Shown here piece after piece: positions 20,517-30,638 of a DNA stretch of 64,000 nt. The notes beneath the pieces were generated by a model that was not told the DNA's origin, searched no databases, and saw only the letters and a list, made by a program, of their open reading frames with translations. A program made the position numbers and the translations under genes. The DNA is from Dehalococcoidia bacterium (GTDB taxonomy: Bacteria; Chloroflexota; Dehalococcoidia; Dehalococcoidales; Fen-1064): contig DUEV01000014.1 of assembly GCA_011170375.1 (NCBI GenBank), positions 25,712 to 89,711 of the forward strand, given 5' to 3'. Every line of letters starts with the position of its first letter. The stretch's first letter is position 1.

Positions 20517-21920
20517 ATGGCAAAACTTGACCTTAACCGGGTCTCAATGCCCCGGCAAGACCCTAAAGAGCGAGCCAAAAATTTCAGCGAGGTCGCCCTC
20601 GGCTACGATGAGGAGCAGGCCAAATACGAGGCCAACCGCTGTATCCAGTGCCCGAAGCGTCCTTGCATCAGTGGTTGTCCGGTAACCGTCGACATCCCCG
20701 AGTTCATCAAAGCACTCCGGGAAGATGATATGCCCGAGGCTGTCAGGATACTGAAAGGCAAGAATGCCCTTCCCGGCATCTGCGGCCGGGTATGCCCTCA
20801 GGAATCTCAGTGCGAGGAGGTCTGCACACTGGCCAAACGTGGCGCACCGATTGCCATTGGCCGCCTCGAACGTTACGTGGCCGACTGGGAAAGGAAAAAC
20901 CAACCGGCAACAGAGGCACAAGCACCTGATACCCCTAAACCTACAGGCAAACGGGTAGCTATTGTCGGCTCAGGGCCGGCAGGACTGACAGCTGCTGCCG
21001 ACCTCGCCAAGATGGGCCACAGCGTTACTATCTTCGAGGCTCTCCATGTCGGTGGTGGTGTATTGATGTATGGTATCCCTGAGTTCCGTTTGCCCAAGGA
21101 AATTGTCCAGGCCGAGGTGAAATATGTCGAGTCCCTTGGTGTGGAGCTGGTGCTCGATGCCGTAATCGGCAAGATTGACACTGTCGATGAGCTATTGTCC
21201 AGTGGCTATGACGCAGTGTTCCTTGGAACCGGCGCCGGTCTGCCAATGTTCATGAATATCCCCGGTGAAAACCTCTGTGGCATTTATTCCGCCAACGAGT
21301 TTCTCACCCGCACCAACCTGATGAAGGCCTACCTTTTCCCTATATATGACACTCCTATCAGTGCGGGTAAGAAAGTAGCCGTCATCGGTGGCGGCAATGT
21401 CGCCATGGACTCGGCACGGTGTGCTCTTAGACTGGGTGCTGAAGAGGTCTACATTATCTACCGTCGGTCTGAGGTAGAGATGCCTGCCCGCCGTGAGGAA
21501 GTGGAGAACGCCATGGAGGAGGGTATTATTTTCAAGTTCCTCACCAATCCCGTGGAGTTCATCGGCAACGAACAGGGCTGGGTAACCTCTATGAAGTGCA
21601 TCGAAATGGAACTCGGCGAGCCAGACGACAGCGGACGGCGTCGCCCCATTCCCAAGGAGGGAAGCGAGTACATCATAGACGTCGATACCGTAGTCGTCGC
21701 CCTGGGCACAACTCCTAATCCGCTAATCGCCTCCACAACCGATGGACTGGACACTACACGCCGGGGCACGGTTGTCGCTGACGAAGAAACCGGTAAGACG
21801 AACAAGGACAGGGTCTGGGCGGGGGGTGATATCGTAACCGGGGCCGCTACCGTCATTAGTGCCATGGGTGCCGGTAAACGCGCTGCTGCCGATATCGATA
21901 AGTTCCTGAGAAGTAACTAA
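20517..21920 (+). CDS. nfnB: NfnB/SudA large subunit (GltD-like NADPH oxidoreductase)
   Basis: EANRCIQC..CISGCP, CGRVCPQESQCE, GSGPAG, GGGNVAMD; directly after nfnA. Confidence 0.9.
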   Translation: MAKLDLNRVSMPRQDPKERAKNFSEVALGYDEEQAKYEANRCIQCPKRPCISGCPVTVDIPEFIKALREDDMPEAVRILKGKNALPGICGRVCPQESQCEEVCTLAKRGAPIAIGRLERYVADWERKNQPATEAQAPDTPKPTGKRVAIVGSGPAGLTAAADLAKMGHSVTIFEALHVGGGVLMYGIPEFRLPKEIVQAEVKYVESLGVELVLDAVIGKIDTVDELLSSGYDAVFLGTGAGLPMFMNIPGENLCGIYSANEFLTRTNLMKAYLFPIYDTPISAGKKVAVIGGGNVAMDSARCALRLGAEEVYIIYRRSEVEMPARREEVENAMEEGIIFKFLTNPVEFIGNEQGWVTSMKCIEMELGEPDDSGRRRPIPKEGSEYIIDVDTVVVALGTTPNPLIASTTDGLDTTRRGTVVADEETGKTNKDRVWAGGDIVTGAATVISAMGAGKRAAADIDKFLRSN

Positions 21921-21975
21921 AAACCCAAACGCTGTCTTAACGAAACCTGTCCTGCTCTCAATGATAGAAATATTG

Positions 21976-22002
21976 GGGGCAGCGGACTAAGTCCGCTGCC
22001 CC
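21976..22002. terminator. GC-rich hairpin, probable terminator
   Basis: GGGGCAGCGGAC-TAA-GTCCGCTGCCCC, perfect 12-bp stem. Confidence 0.7.
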
Positions 22003-22272
22003 GGGACCACCACCACACCACCCCACACACAATTTCAGGACTGGACGGCCGGGCACCTCTGCAAGGAGCATTTGCAAATCTACGGCACCCCTAAAAAGCA
22101 AAGTGGCCGCTCTCTCGCCAGCCAGCCTGTACACTAACAGTATCACCATGACAACTGTCAGTAAATCGGCCTTTGGGGGGATTCAGCTATCCGTATTTAC
22201 GCTTAAATGTCGGATAGTCAGTCTGCACGCCAGTCTCGTAACTGATTTTATGTCAACAACGAATCGAGGGGA

Positions 22273-22722
22273 TTACTCCGAAGCAATTTCTAACAAGGCA
22301 AACCCGGTCGTCTCGTTCATGATGCGGGCGACATCTGTTCCCAGAATCTCGTAGATAATGGCTTCCCCTACCACCCAGGTGGTAACACCGGGACGCAGGC
22401 AGCCGGTGGTGGTCTTGCCGGAGCGCCCCAGGGCAGCGTGAATATGCAGTACCGGCCGACCGTCTTCACCGGGACCGATAACACCGACTCCAGCAACCTC
22501 ATGGGCACCGTCAACCGGCAGGAGCATCGGCTCCGGAGGCATCTCATCAGAACGGCGGGGGCCGACCACTACCTCCCCACCACCAATACCACCTATCAGG
22601 ACAACATGCCCCACCGACACCCCCTGCTCAGCGGCAAAGCGTTCAATACACTCAGGCACCACATCCCCATCCTCCAAACGCATTACAAAGACCCGGCCTA
22701 TCTGTCCCTGGCATGCTTTCAT
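22273..22722 (-). CDS. PPC/DUF296 domain protein
   Basis: RLEDGD, IGGI, LHIHAALG, GCL, GEAII motifs. Confidence 0.88.
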   Translation of the reverse strand: MKACQGQIGRVFVMRLEDGDVVPECIERFAAEQGVSVGHVVLIGGIGGGEVVVGPRRSDEMPPEPMLLPVDGAHEVAGVGVIGPGEDGRPVLHIHAALGRSGKTTTGCLRPGVTTWVVGEAIIYEILGTDVARIMNETTGFALLEIASE

Positions 22723-22818
22723 CGGAAGCCTCCTATCGTTGCTAGCAGCTACTAAGGCACACTTTAGAGAGCTATCACCTTACTGTCAAGCCTTTCTCCA
22801 CCATCTCGCACAGTAATA

Positions 22819-22847
22819 TTGACTCCACGCACACATCAAGCTAGAAT
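22819..22847 (+). promoter_or_regulatory. Sigma70-type promoter upstream of the MFS gene
   Basis: TTGACT-17 nt-TAGAAT. Confidence 0.6.
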
Positions 22848-23160
22848 TGTATCAATACAAATCGGTGAACGTTATTTCATCGGAGAGGAGTAATTTTATG
22901 TCTTGGCATTGACGAATTGAGTTAATCACAACCAATATCTCGAAAATAGCGCCTTCCCTGCGTAGACCGTTTCATCCCACAACGAATAGCACATCAAGCT
23001 GCTTCCTTCATTGTTATGTCAAACACGCTAAATCGTTTCGTGCCTCTTTTGACATTATCGCCCCTACCCTGTCTCTGTCCTGCCATCTATTCATATCGCT
23101 GACTTCACCCGGCAGTGCCACATCTACATTTGCACAGCATAAAGGTGATGGAGGGACGCT

Positions 23161-24348
23161 ATGAGTATGAAGACCTTCATGCGCCTTTTCTGTGCCTTTC
23201 AATTTTTCCGAGATTTTATCCTGGTCTACGCCGTCGACAAGCTGCTCTTCCTTGAAAGGGGTCTGGAGCTATACCAGATAGCCATTCTCATTGCTCTGTG
23301 GAGCGTTATGGCAATCATTCTGGAAGTCCCTTCCGGGGCACTCGCCGACAGGTGGAACCGAAAGAACATGCTTGTCCTTTCAGGGGTGTTTGATGCCCTG
23401 GGCTTTGCCACTTGGCTCTTCAGCTCATCGTTCTGGCTGTTCCTGCTGGGATTTGTCTTCCTGACAATCGGAGGGAGTTTTGCGTCAGGCACCTTGCAGG
23501 CCTATGTTTACGACTTTCTCAAGCTCCATGAAAAAGAGAGTGAGTTCGAAAGAATATGGGGCAGAGGTTCTGCACTCAGGCTCATCGGGATAGCAATCGC
23601 CATGTCACTCGGTGGATTCCTGAGCACGCGGTCCTATGAGCTGGTACTGGTGTTTTCGGCACTATCTCCTCTAGTGGTCGCGGTGGTAGCCCTGCTATTA
23701 CCACAGGTAAAACCGATTACGTCTACCGGCGAGAGAGGCTATCTCACGCTCCTGAGAAGTGGCGTCAAGCAGGCCTTTTCCAATCGGGCACTCCTTCGGG
23801 TATTCCTCTATTCCGGGACTGTCTTTGTCACCTTCGGTGTTCTGGAAGAATATGACCAGGTACTGCTTTCTTCGCGGCTGGGTCTTCCGAACTCATTTAT
23901 CGGAATATGGCTGGCCGCCGGTATCGGAGTGAGTGGTATCTGCGCTTTCTACGCGCACAGGATTAAGCATGTGAGCTGGCGGGTGCTGAACATCATCGCT
24001 GTTGTAACCGGTACTATCTTAATCATTGTGGCCCTCTCAAAATCTCTTGCCCTACTGGGGATACTATTGTTACTCTGTATATTCAACGGTCTTGTCGGTG
24101 TTCTCACTCAGGGAATAATCCAGAGAGAGATAGACTCGGACGAGCGTGCCACGATTACTTCTGTCAATGCTTTCGTGGTGGAAATTAGCGCTATCATTCT
24201 GGGACTGGCTTTCGCTTTCATAGCCAACCGGTTCGGAATCCACATCGGTTACGGGTTCTTCGGAGTGGTCGTGCTGGTATATTCATTGGCAAATCTTGTC
24301 TTGAGAAGATTTCCAGTTAAAAGATTACTTCGTCGCTGGGGCTCCTAG
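23161..24348 (+). CDS. MFS transporter (efflux-type)
   Basis: LEVPSGALADRWNRK motif A, SGT..A..YD, ERATITS; about 12 TM. Confidence 0.9.
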   Translation: MSMKTFMRLFCAFQFFRDFILVYAVDKLLFLERGLELYQIAILIALWSVMAIILEVPSGALADRWNRKNMLVLSGVFDALGFATWLFSSSFWLFLLGFVFLTIGGSFASGTLQAYVYDFLKLHEKESEFERIWGRGSALRLIGIAIAMSLGGFLSTRSYELVLVFSALSPLVVAVVALLLPQVKPITSTGERGYLTLLRSGVKQAFSNRALLRVFLYSGTVFVTFGVLEEYDQVLLSSRLGLPNSFIGIWLAAGIGVSGICAFYAHRIKHVSWRVLNIIAVVTGTILIIVALSKSLALLGILLLLCIFNGLVGVLTQGIIQREIDSDERATITSVNAFVVEISAIILGLAFAFIANRFGIHIGYGFFGVVVLVYSLANLVLRRFPVKRLLRRWGS

Positions 24349-24402
24349 CAATGACGGGAAAGATGTACCTATTTTGTCATTGCGAGCGAAGCGAAGCAAT
24401 CT
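24322..24402. repeat. REP-like palindromic element (GTCATTGCGAGCGAAGCGAAGCAATCT type), inverted pair
   Basis: AGATTACTTCG...GCAATGAC (24322-24355) is complementary to GTCATTGC...CGAAGCAATCT (24376-24402). Confidence 0.7.
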
Positions 24403-24457
24403 GTTATCAAAATAAAAGGTAATAAACAGCCCACCGACTATGTTAAAATAGGTCGGT

Positions 24458-27028
24458 ATGATTCCCATCAGACTGGCCCTCAGCGACTTCATGTGCTACC
24501 GCGATAACGTGCCGCCGCTCTATTTCAACGGTGTGCACACCGCCAGCATCTGCGGGAGTAACGGTCACGGTAAATCGGCCCTGATTGATGCTATGACCTG
24601 GGCGCTCTGGGGGCAGACCAGGGCCAAGCGGGACGATGACCTCATCCACACCAGCGAGACCGAGACAGCGGTCGAGTTCGACTTTGCCGTCGGCGGGCAA
24701 GAGTACCGCATCCTGCGCCGACACCGCAAACCGAAACGACGGGGGGCATCGGGGCAGAGCATCCTCGAGTTCCAGATGGCCGTTGACGGCGACTTCAAGC
24801 CAATTACGGGAAACACCATCCAGCAGACCCAGCAGAAAATTATCGATACCCTGCACATGGACTACGCTACCTTCACTAACAGCGCTTACCTGCGGCAAGG
24901 TCATGCCGACGAGTTCACCACGGCCAATCCGGCCCGCCGCAAGCAGGTTTTGTCCAATATACTCGGGCTCTCATACTATGATGAACTCGAAGCCCAGGCA
25001 AAGGAACTGGCAAAACAGCAGGAAACGAAGAAGGAACAACTTGAGAGCGCTATTGCCGATATCAACGAAGAGCTCGCCCGGAAACCAGCCTACGAAGCAG
25101 AACTGGAGCAGGCCCAAAAGGAACTCGCCCGAATATCAGCCGCGGTAAAGGAGCATGAGACACACCTCAACCAGTTACGACAGCAGAAAGAGGCACTGGA
25201 GACCAAGAACTGGCAGCTAACACAGCTCGAGGAGCATATCACGCAGCAGACAAGAACGCTGGAGCAGTGGGACGAGCAAATCAGGCAGCAGCAATCGCGT
25301 CTCAAGGAGCACGAAGACCTCATCACCCGGCGCGATAGCATTGAGGCAGGCTATACGCAACTCGTCGAGGTAAAAAAGTCGAACGATGAGCTCGAACAAA
25401 AGTTCCGGCAGTCGGTCAATCTGGAAAGGCAGAAGGTGCAGCTTGAGCTGAAGATAAAAGAGGCAGGACAGAACGTGTTGGCAGAACATGCCGTCGCCCA
25501 AAGAACGATTAGTGAGCTTGAGGCCAGGGCCGACAGGTTGCCCCAGCTGAGGACTGAGCTACAGCAGGCACGACATCACTTGCAGCACCTTACCGAAGAA
25601 GAAGAGGGCCTCCGCCAGAAAAGCGCGGTCGGCCAGGAGCTACGGACCCGCCTACACGGACTGGAGACGAGCCAGTCCCAGCTTGAACGAGACATCACCG
25701 AGATAGCGGAAAAGCTCGACCTGTTACTCACCGAGCACGGCGCCAAGTGCCCCCTCTGTGAGACAGAACTGGGCGCCGAAGGCCTGAAACTCATCGAGAC
25801 CAAATACACCTCCGAGAAACAGCAGAAGTCTGAGTCCCTGGAAATAACCAGGACGAGCCTGGTCAGCAGTAAGACCGAGCTGAAATCGCTCGAAAATGAA
25901 ATCGTCCAACTCGAGACAAGGCTGAAACAAGAAAGGGCCACCTTGCAGGGTAGGCTCAGTGTATTAACCCAGGAGACAGAGGAGGCGGAGCAGGCTGGCA
26001 AACAATCGGAGGAGGAAAAGGGCCGGTTGGGTGAAATCGAAGAGCGCCTGGCTCGGAGAGATTTCGCTGCACCCCAGCAGGAGCTTCTAGCCCAGATTGA
26101 AAAAGAACTCACCAGCCTCGACTACAACACGCAGCGGCACGAACAGGTACGCCAGCAGCTTTCAGGGCTGGAGCAATATGAAGAGCCGAAACGAAAGCTC
26201 GAAGAAGCCGACCGCCTAATCGACGAAGAAAGAAAGTCGCTTGCCAGAGCAACCGAAGCCAGCCAGCAACTGCGTACCAGCCTCGAAACCGACATTAAGA
26301 AGAAGGGTGAGTTAGCACAAGAACTGGCCTCTCTCCCCCAGGTATCCGATGACCTGTCCCGGGCTGAAAGTGAGCACCAGAGTCTTACGTCAGAGCAAGA
26401 GCGTGCCCGGGAATTGACCGGAAGCATCAAGGGGAAGCTAGAGCGCTGTGCCGAACTGGAGACAAGGAAAAAGGAAAGGGAGAAGCTTATCACCGAGACT
26501 GCCCGGGAAGAGCAAATCTACCGTGACCTGGTCGAAGCCTTTGGCAAGAAGGGAATACAGGCTTTGCTCATCGAAACAGCCCTCCCCGAAATCGAGAGCG
26601 AGGCGAACCGTCTATTGGGGCGGATGACGGACAACCGGATGAACGTAAAAATCGAAACGCAGAGGGAAACAAAGAAGGGGGACACCATCGAGACCCTCGA
26701 TATCAACATCGCCGACGAACTTGGGACGCGTAACTACGAGATGTTCAGTGGCGGGGAGGCCTTCCGGATAAACTTTGCTATTCGAATTGCCCTGTCCAAG
26801 TTACTGGCGAGGCGGGCGGGCGCACCGCTGCCGACCCTGATTATCGATGAAGGTTTCGGTACTCAAGACACCATCGGTATTGAGAAGCTCCGAGAAGCAA
26901 TAAACTCGATACAAGATGACTTCGAGAAGATACTGGTGATAACGCATATCGAGGAACTACGGGACGCCTTCCCCACCCGCATCGATGTCGTCAAGACACC
27001 GGACGGTTCGACGCTCAGCTTCGGCTAA
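24458..27028 (+). CDS. sbcC: SbcC/Rad50-like SMC ATPase
   Basis: GSNGHGKS, long coiled coil, CPLC zinc hook, FSGGE, IIDEGFG. Confidence 0.93.
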   Translation: MIPIRLALSDFMCYRDNVPPLYFNGVHTASICGSNGHGKSALIDAMTWALWGQTRAKRDDDLIHTSETETAVEFDFAVGGQEYRILRRHRKPKRRGASGQSILEFQMAVDGDFKPITGNTIQQTQQKIIDTLHMDYATFTNSAYLRQGHADEFTTANPARRKQVLSNILGLSYYDELEAQAKELAKQQETKKEQLESAIADINEELARKPAYEAELEQAQKELARISAAVKEHETHLNQLRQQKEALETKNWQLTQLEEHITQQTRTLEQWDEQIRQQQSRLKEHEDLITRRDSIEAGYTQLVEVKKSNDELEQKFRQSVNLERQKVQLELKIKEAGQNVLAEHAVAQRTISELEARADRLPQLRTELQQARHHLQHLTEEEEGLRQKSAVGQELRTRLHGLETSQSQLERDITEIAEKLDLLLTEHGAKCPLCETELGAEGLKLIETKYTSEKQQKSESLEITRTSLVSSKTELKSLENEIVQLETRLKQERATLQGRLSVLTQETEEAEQAGKQSEEEKGRLGEIEERLARRDFAAPQQELLAQIEKELTSLDYNTQRHEQVRQQLSGLEQYEEPKRKLEEADRLIDEERKSLARATEASQQLRTSLETDIKKKGELAQELASLPQVSDDLSRAESEHQSLTSEQERARELTGSIKGKLERCAELETRKKEREKLITETAREEQIYRDLVEAFGKKGIQALLIETALPEIESEANRLLGRMTDNRMNVKIETQRETKKGDTIETLDINIADELGTRNYEMFSGGEAFRINFAIRIALSKLLARRAGAPLPTLIIDEGFGTQDTIGIEKLREAINSIQDDFEKILVITHIEELRDAFPTRIDVVKTPDGSTLSFG

Positions 27029-27029
27029 G

Positions 27030-27581
27030 CTATAGCCCAAGACTGGGGGCAATCTCCTGCATGGCTGTTACTCCCAGTTCAATAAAATCGTCGAGCTCTA
27101 TTCCCAGTTCACTGCACCTGGCTATCTGCTCCCGGTTTGCACCAGCAGCGAAGCTCTTCTCCTTAAACCTCTTTCTGACGGACTTCGGCTTGAGGCTGGC
27201 CAGCTTCTTGTCCGGCATCACCAGAGCACCAGCAGTAATCAGGCCAGTCAGCGGGTCAGCACAGAGCAGGGCTTTATCTAGCTTTGTCTCCGCGGGAACC
27301 CCATGCGCCTCGTTATGACATAGAATAGCGTGTGCCATCTCCTCGCTGGCCCCCATCTCGCGGACTAAATCGGCCCCGAGCTGGCTGTGGGCATTCATGT
27401 CACCCTCGGTAAGCTCCACATCAATATCATGCAGGAGACCGGTTATCCCCCAAACCTCCTCATCCTCACCCAGCCGCCTCGCCAAAGCACGCATAATGGC
27501 CTCGGTGGCCAGCATATGCTTTATCAGGTTCTGGTTTTCAACATTAGCCTCAACCGATTCAAGTGCTTCCTGTCTGTCCAT
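27030..27581 (-). CDS. HDIG-domain metal-dependent phosphohydrolase
   Basis: KHML, GLLHDID, AH, CHN, ADPLTG. Confidence 0.88.
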   Translation of the reverse strand: MDRQEALESVEANVENQNLIKHMLATEAIMRALARRLGEDEEVWGITGLLHDIDVELTEGDMNAHSQLGADLVREMGASEEMAHAILCHNEAHGVPAETKLDKALLCADPLTGLITAGALVMPDKKLASLKPKSVRKRFKEKSFAAGANREQIARCSELGIELDDFIELGVTAMQEIAPSLGL

Positions 27582-27593
27582 CTTTCCTCCAGC

Positions 27594-30443
27594 TTAAACT
27601 GATACGGGCGAAATCGACCGGTCGAGTTCTAGATGAGGGGCTAGGTATTTACCGGTTAATGAACCCTTCTTCCGTGCTACCTTTTCCGGCGTGCCCGTGG
27701 CCACAACATAGCCGCCCTGATCGCCAGCTCCCGGCCCCAGGTCGATAATATAGTCGGCACTCTTGATGACATCGGGGTGGTGCTCAATGATTACGATGGT
27801 GTTTCCGGCATCGACCAAACGATGCAGCACTTTTAGTAAAGCAGCCACATCAGCAAAGGAAAGGCCGGTGGTCGGCTCATCCAGAATATACAACGTCTGT
27901 CCGGTCGACCTCTTAGAAAGTTCAGTGGCCAGCTTCACCCGCTGGGCTTCGCCACCGGAGAGAGTGGGTGCCGGCTGCCCCAGGCGGATATAGCCCAGAC
28001 CAACATCGTTCAGGGTCTCCAGCCTCCTTCTTATCTTGGGGAAGTGCTCGAAGAAGGCCAGGGCTTGCTCCACGGTCATATCGAGCACTTCAGCGATGTT
28101 CTTGTCCTTAAATCTTATCTCCAAGGCTTCACGGTTATAGCGCTTACCTTTACAGACCTCACAGGGAACGGTAACATCCGGCAGGAACTGCATCTCAATC
28201 TCGATGAAGCCTTCACCACCACAGGCCTCACAACGTCCACCCTTAACGTTAAAGGAGAAACGGCCGGGGGCATAACCCCGCATCCTCGCCTCGCGGACGG
28301 TGGCGAAAAGCTCACGAATCGGGGTGAAGGTACCGGTATAGGTAGCAGGATTGCTCCGCGGCGTCCGCCCGATGGGTGACTGGTTGATATCAATCACCTT
28401 ATCAATATGCTCAATGCCTATAATCTCATCACAGTCGCCGGGTAATACCCGCGACTTATATAATACTTGAGCCAGCTTACGGTAAAGGACCTCATCTACC
28501 AGGGTGCTTTTACCACTGCCAGAGACCCCGGTGACACAGACAAACATGCCCAGGGGAATACGGACATCAATGTCCTGCAGGTTGTTCTGCCGTGCCCCCT
28601 TGATAATCATCTCCTCCCCAGAGCCGGGGCGACGTGTCTTCGGAAGCGGTATCTGCTTGACCCCACTGAGGTACTGACCGGTCACCGATTCCTTGCAGTC
28701 CATGATATCGTCCACAGTTCCGGTGGCGACAATCCAGCCGCCATGCTCTCCGGCCCCGGGCCCCAGGTCAATGATATGGTCAGCGGTCCTCATCATGGCT
28801 TCGTCGTGCTCGACAATCAGTACAGTATTGCCCAAATCTCGCAGCCGCTTCAAGGTCTCAATCAGGCGGTGATTATCAGCCTGGTGCAACCCTACGGTCG
28901 GTTCATCACAGATATAGAGAACCCCCATTAGCCCACTGCCAATCTGGGTTGCCAGGCGGATACGCTGCGCCTCACCTCCGCTCAGGGTAGCCGAGGGACG
29001 GTCGAGAGTGAGATAATCGAGGCCGATATCCTTAAGAAAACCCAGACGGGCACGGATTTCTTTGATAATCTGGGTGGCAATCATCTGCTCCCGTTTAGTG
29101 AGGATAGCACGCTTGCTATTTCCGCTCAGAGCAGCTACCCACTTCAGGGCTAGGGCCACTGATTGTCCGGTCACGGCCATGATGTTCTTGCCACCGATAG
29201 TTACCGCCAGTGACTCCGGCTTGAGCCTTTTACCTTCACAGACCGGGCAGAGTCTGGTAACCATGTAGCGCTCTATCCCTGCCCGGGAGTACTCGGACTC
29301 GGTATCATGATAGAGACGCTCCAGGCGTGGGATGACTCCCTCAAAACCATTAGAGTATTCCCTGACACGCCCGAAGCGGTTTCGGTATCGTACCCTCTCT
29401 CCACCCTCACCATAGAGCAACATGTTGTACTGTTGTCGGCTGAGGTCCTTTACCGGCGTGTTCAGGGGAAAACCACGACGCTGAAGAGAATAAAGATACC
29501 AGGTATGCGTCTGATAGGGCCTGATAGCCCCCTGGGCAATGGAGAGGTTCTTATTGGGGATAATGAGGTCTTCGTCCAGCTCCTGCCGGTACCCCAGACC
29601 AGTACAGGCCGGGCAGGCACCATGGGGACTATTAAAACTGAAATTGCGTGGGGCAATTTCACCCAGGCTGATTTCACAATGGACACAGGCAAAATGCTCG
29701 GAGAAGAGCAACTCTTCCCCATCGATAATCGATACCAGCACAATCCCGGCCCCCAGCTTGAGCGCCGTCTCCACAGAGTCGGCAATTCGTTCCTGGCTAT
29801 CGCTCTGTCCAATGACCAGCCTGTCCACCACTACCTCAATCGAGTGTTTCTTGTTCTTATCAAGCTGAAACTGCCCGGAGAGGTCATGGGTCTCCCCATC
29901 GACTCGCACCCGCGCGTAGCCAGCCCGGCGCAGGTCATCGAAGACCGCCTGGTACTCACCCTTGCGGTCGCGGACGAGAGGCGCCATAATCATCAAACGG
30001 GTACGCTCGGGAAGTCCCCTGATAGCGTCGACTATCTGCTCGACGGTCTGGGTGGTTATTTCCCGCCCGCAATTGGGACAGTGAGGGTGACCGACCCTGG
30101 CGAAGAGGAGCCGTAGGTAATCGTAAATCTCAGTGACGGTCCCCATCGTCGAGCGAGGGTTGCGTCCCGGCCCCTTCTGGTCGATGGAGATAGCCGGACT
30201 CAGCCCCTCGATGTAGTCAACCTCGGGCTTCTCCATCCGGCCGAGGAACTGCCGGGCATAGGCAGACAACGACTCCATGTAGCGGCGCTGTCCCTCAGCA
30301 TAGATGGTATCGAACGCCAGCGAGCTTTTCCCCGAACCGGAAACACCAGTAATGACCACCAGCTTGTCCCGCGGGATAGTCACATCAATGTTCTTGAGAT
30401 TGTGCTCACAGGCGCCCTTGACGATGATGGAATCAAGCGGCAT
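27594..30443 (-). CDS. uvrA: Excinuclease ABC subunit A
   Basis: EHNLKNID, two GVSGSGKS Walker A motifs, zinc fingers, LSGGEAQR twice. Confidence 0.98.
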   Translation of the reverse strand: MPLDSIIVKGACEHNLKNIDVTIPRDKLVVITGVSGSGKSSLAFDTIYAEGQRRYMESLSAYARQFLGRMEKPEVDYIEGLSPAISIDQKGPGRNPRSTMGTVTEIYDYLRLLFARVGHPHCPNCGREITTQTVEQIVDAIRGLPERTRLMIMAPLVRDRKGEYQAVFDDLRRAGYARVRVDGETHDLSGQFQLDKNKKHSIEVVVDRLVIGQSDSQERIADSVETALKLGAGIVLVSIIDGEELLFSEHFACVHCEISLGEIAPRNFSFNSPHGACPACTGLGYRQELDEDLIIPNKNLSIAQGAIRPYQTHTWYLYSLQRRGFPLNTPVKDLSRQQYNMLLYGEGGERVRYRNRFGRVREYSNGFEGVIPRLERLYHDTESEYSRAGIERYMVTRLCPVCEGKRLKPESLAVTIGGKNIMAVTGQSVALALKWVAALSGNSKRAILTKREQMIATQIIKEIRARLGFLKDIGLDYLTLDRPSATLSGGEAQRIRLATQIGSGLMGVLYICDEPTVGLHQADNHRLIETLKRLRDLGNTVLIVEHDEAMMRTADHIIDLGPGAGEHGGWIVATGTVDDIMDCKESVTGQYLSGVKQIPLPKTRRPGSGEEMIIKGARQNNLQDIDVRIPLGMFVCVTGVSGSGKSTLVDEVLYRKLAQVLYKSRVLPGDCDEIIGIEHIDKVIDINQSPIGRTPRSNPATYTGTFTPIRELFATVREARMRGYAPGRFSFNVKGGRCEACGGEGFIEIEMQFLPDVTVPCEVCKGKRYNREALEIRFKDKNIAEVLDMTVEQALAFFEHFPKIRRRLETLNDVGLGYIRLGQPAPTLSGGEAQRVKLATELSKRSTGQTLYILDEPTTGLSFADVAALLKVLHRLVDAGNTIVIIEHHPDVIKSADYIIDLGPGAGDQGGYVVATGTPEKVARKKGSLTGKYLAPHLELDRSISPVSV

Positions 30444-30523
30444 CTCTCTGTATATCCCCCCTCACCAGCACCATTGTAGCATCATGACTGCCGGAGCAAC
30501 AAGCAAAGATTGACCATAGTATA

Positions 30524-30552
30524 TTGACACTATCATCTTCAGGAAATATAAT
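30524..30552 (+). promoter_or_regulatory. Consensus sigma70 promoter for the DUF2235 gene
   Basis: TTGACA-17 nt-TATAAT. Confidence 0.7.
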
Positions 30553-30638
30553 GAACGTCACCGTAATTCTATCTTTCGGTTCATACTGAGTTATAGTACG
30601 TAATATTAATATCAAGAAACAAAGAGAGGAGTAGAAAT

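Noticed and set aside
20517-21920. Glutamate synthase small subunit
   Set aside because: No gltB; adjacency to an NfnA-type gene indicates NfnAB
22007-22030. CCA/CAC tract as a CRISPR or microsatellite
   Set aside because: Short and irregular with no repeat-spacer structure; treated as part of the candidate sRNA
22866-22879. GAAC-N4-TTTC as a LexA box
   Set aside because: Mismatched, single instance, and no similar box seen upstream of uvrA
24458-27028. SMC-like protein as a defence system (Wadjet/Lamassu)
   Set aside because: Has the Rad50 CxxC hook and SbcC motifs, no defence partners; sbcD may simply lie elsewhere
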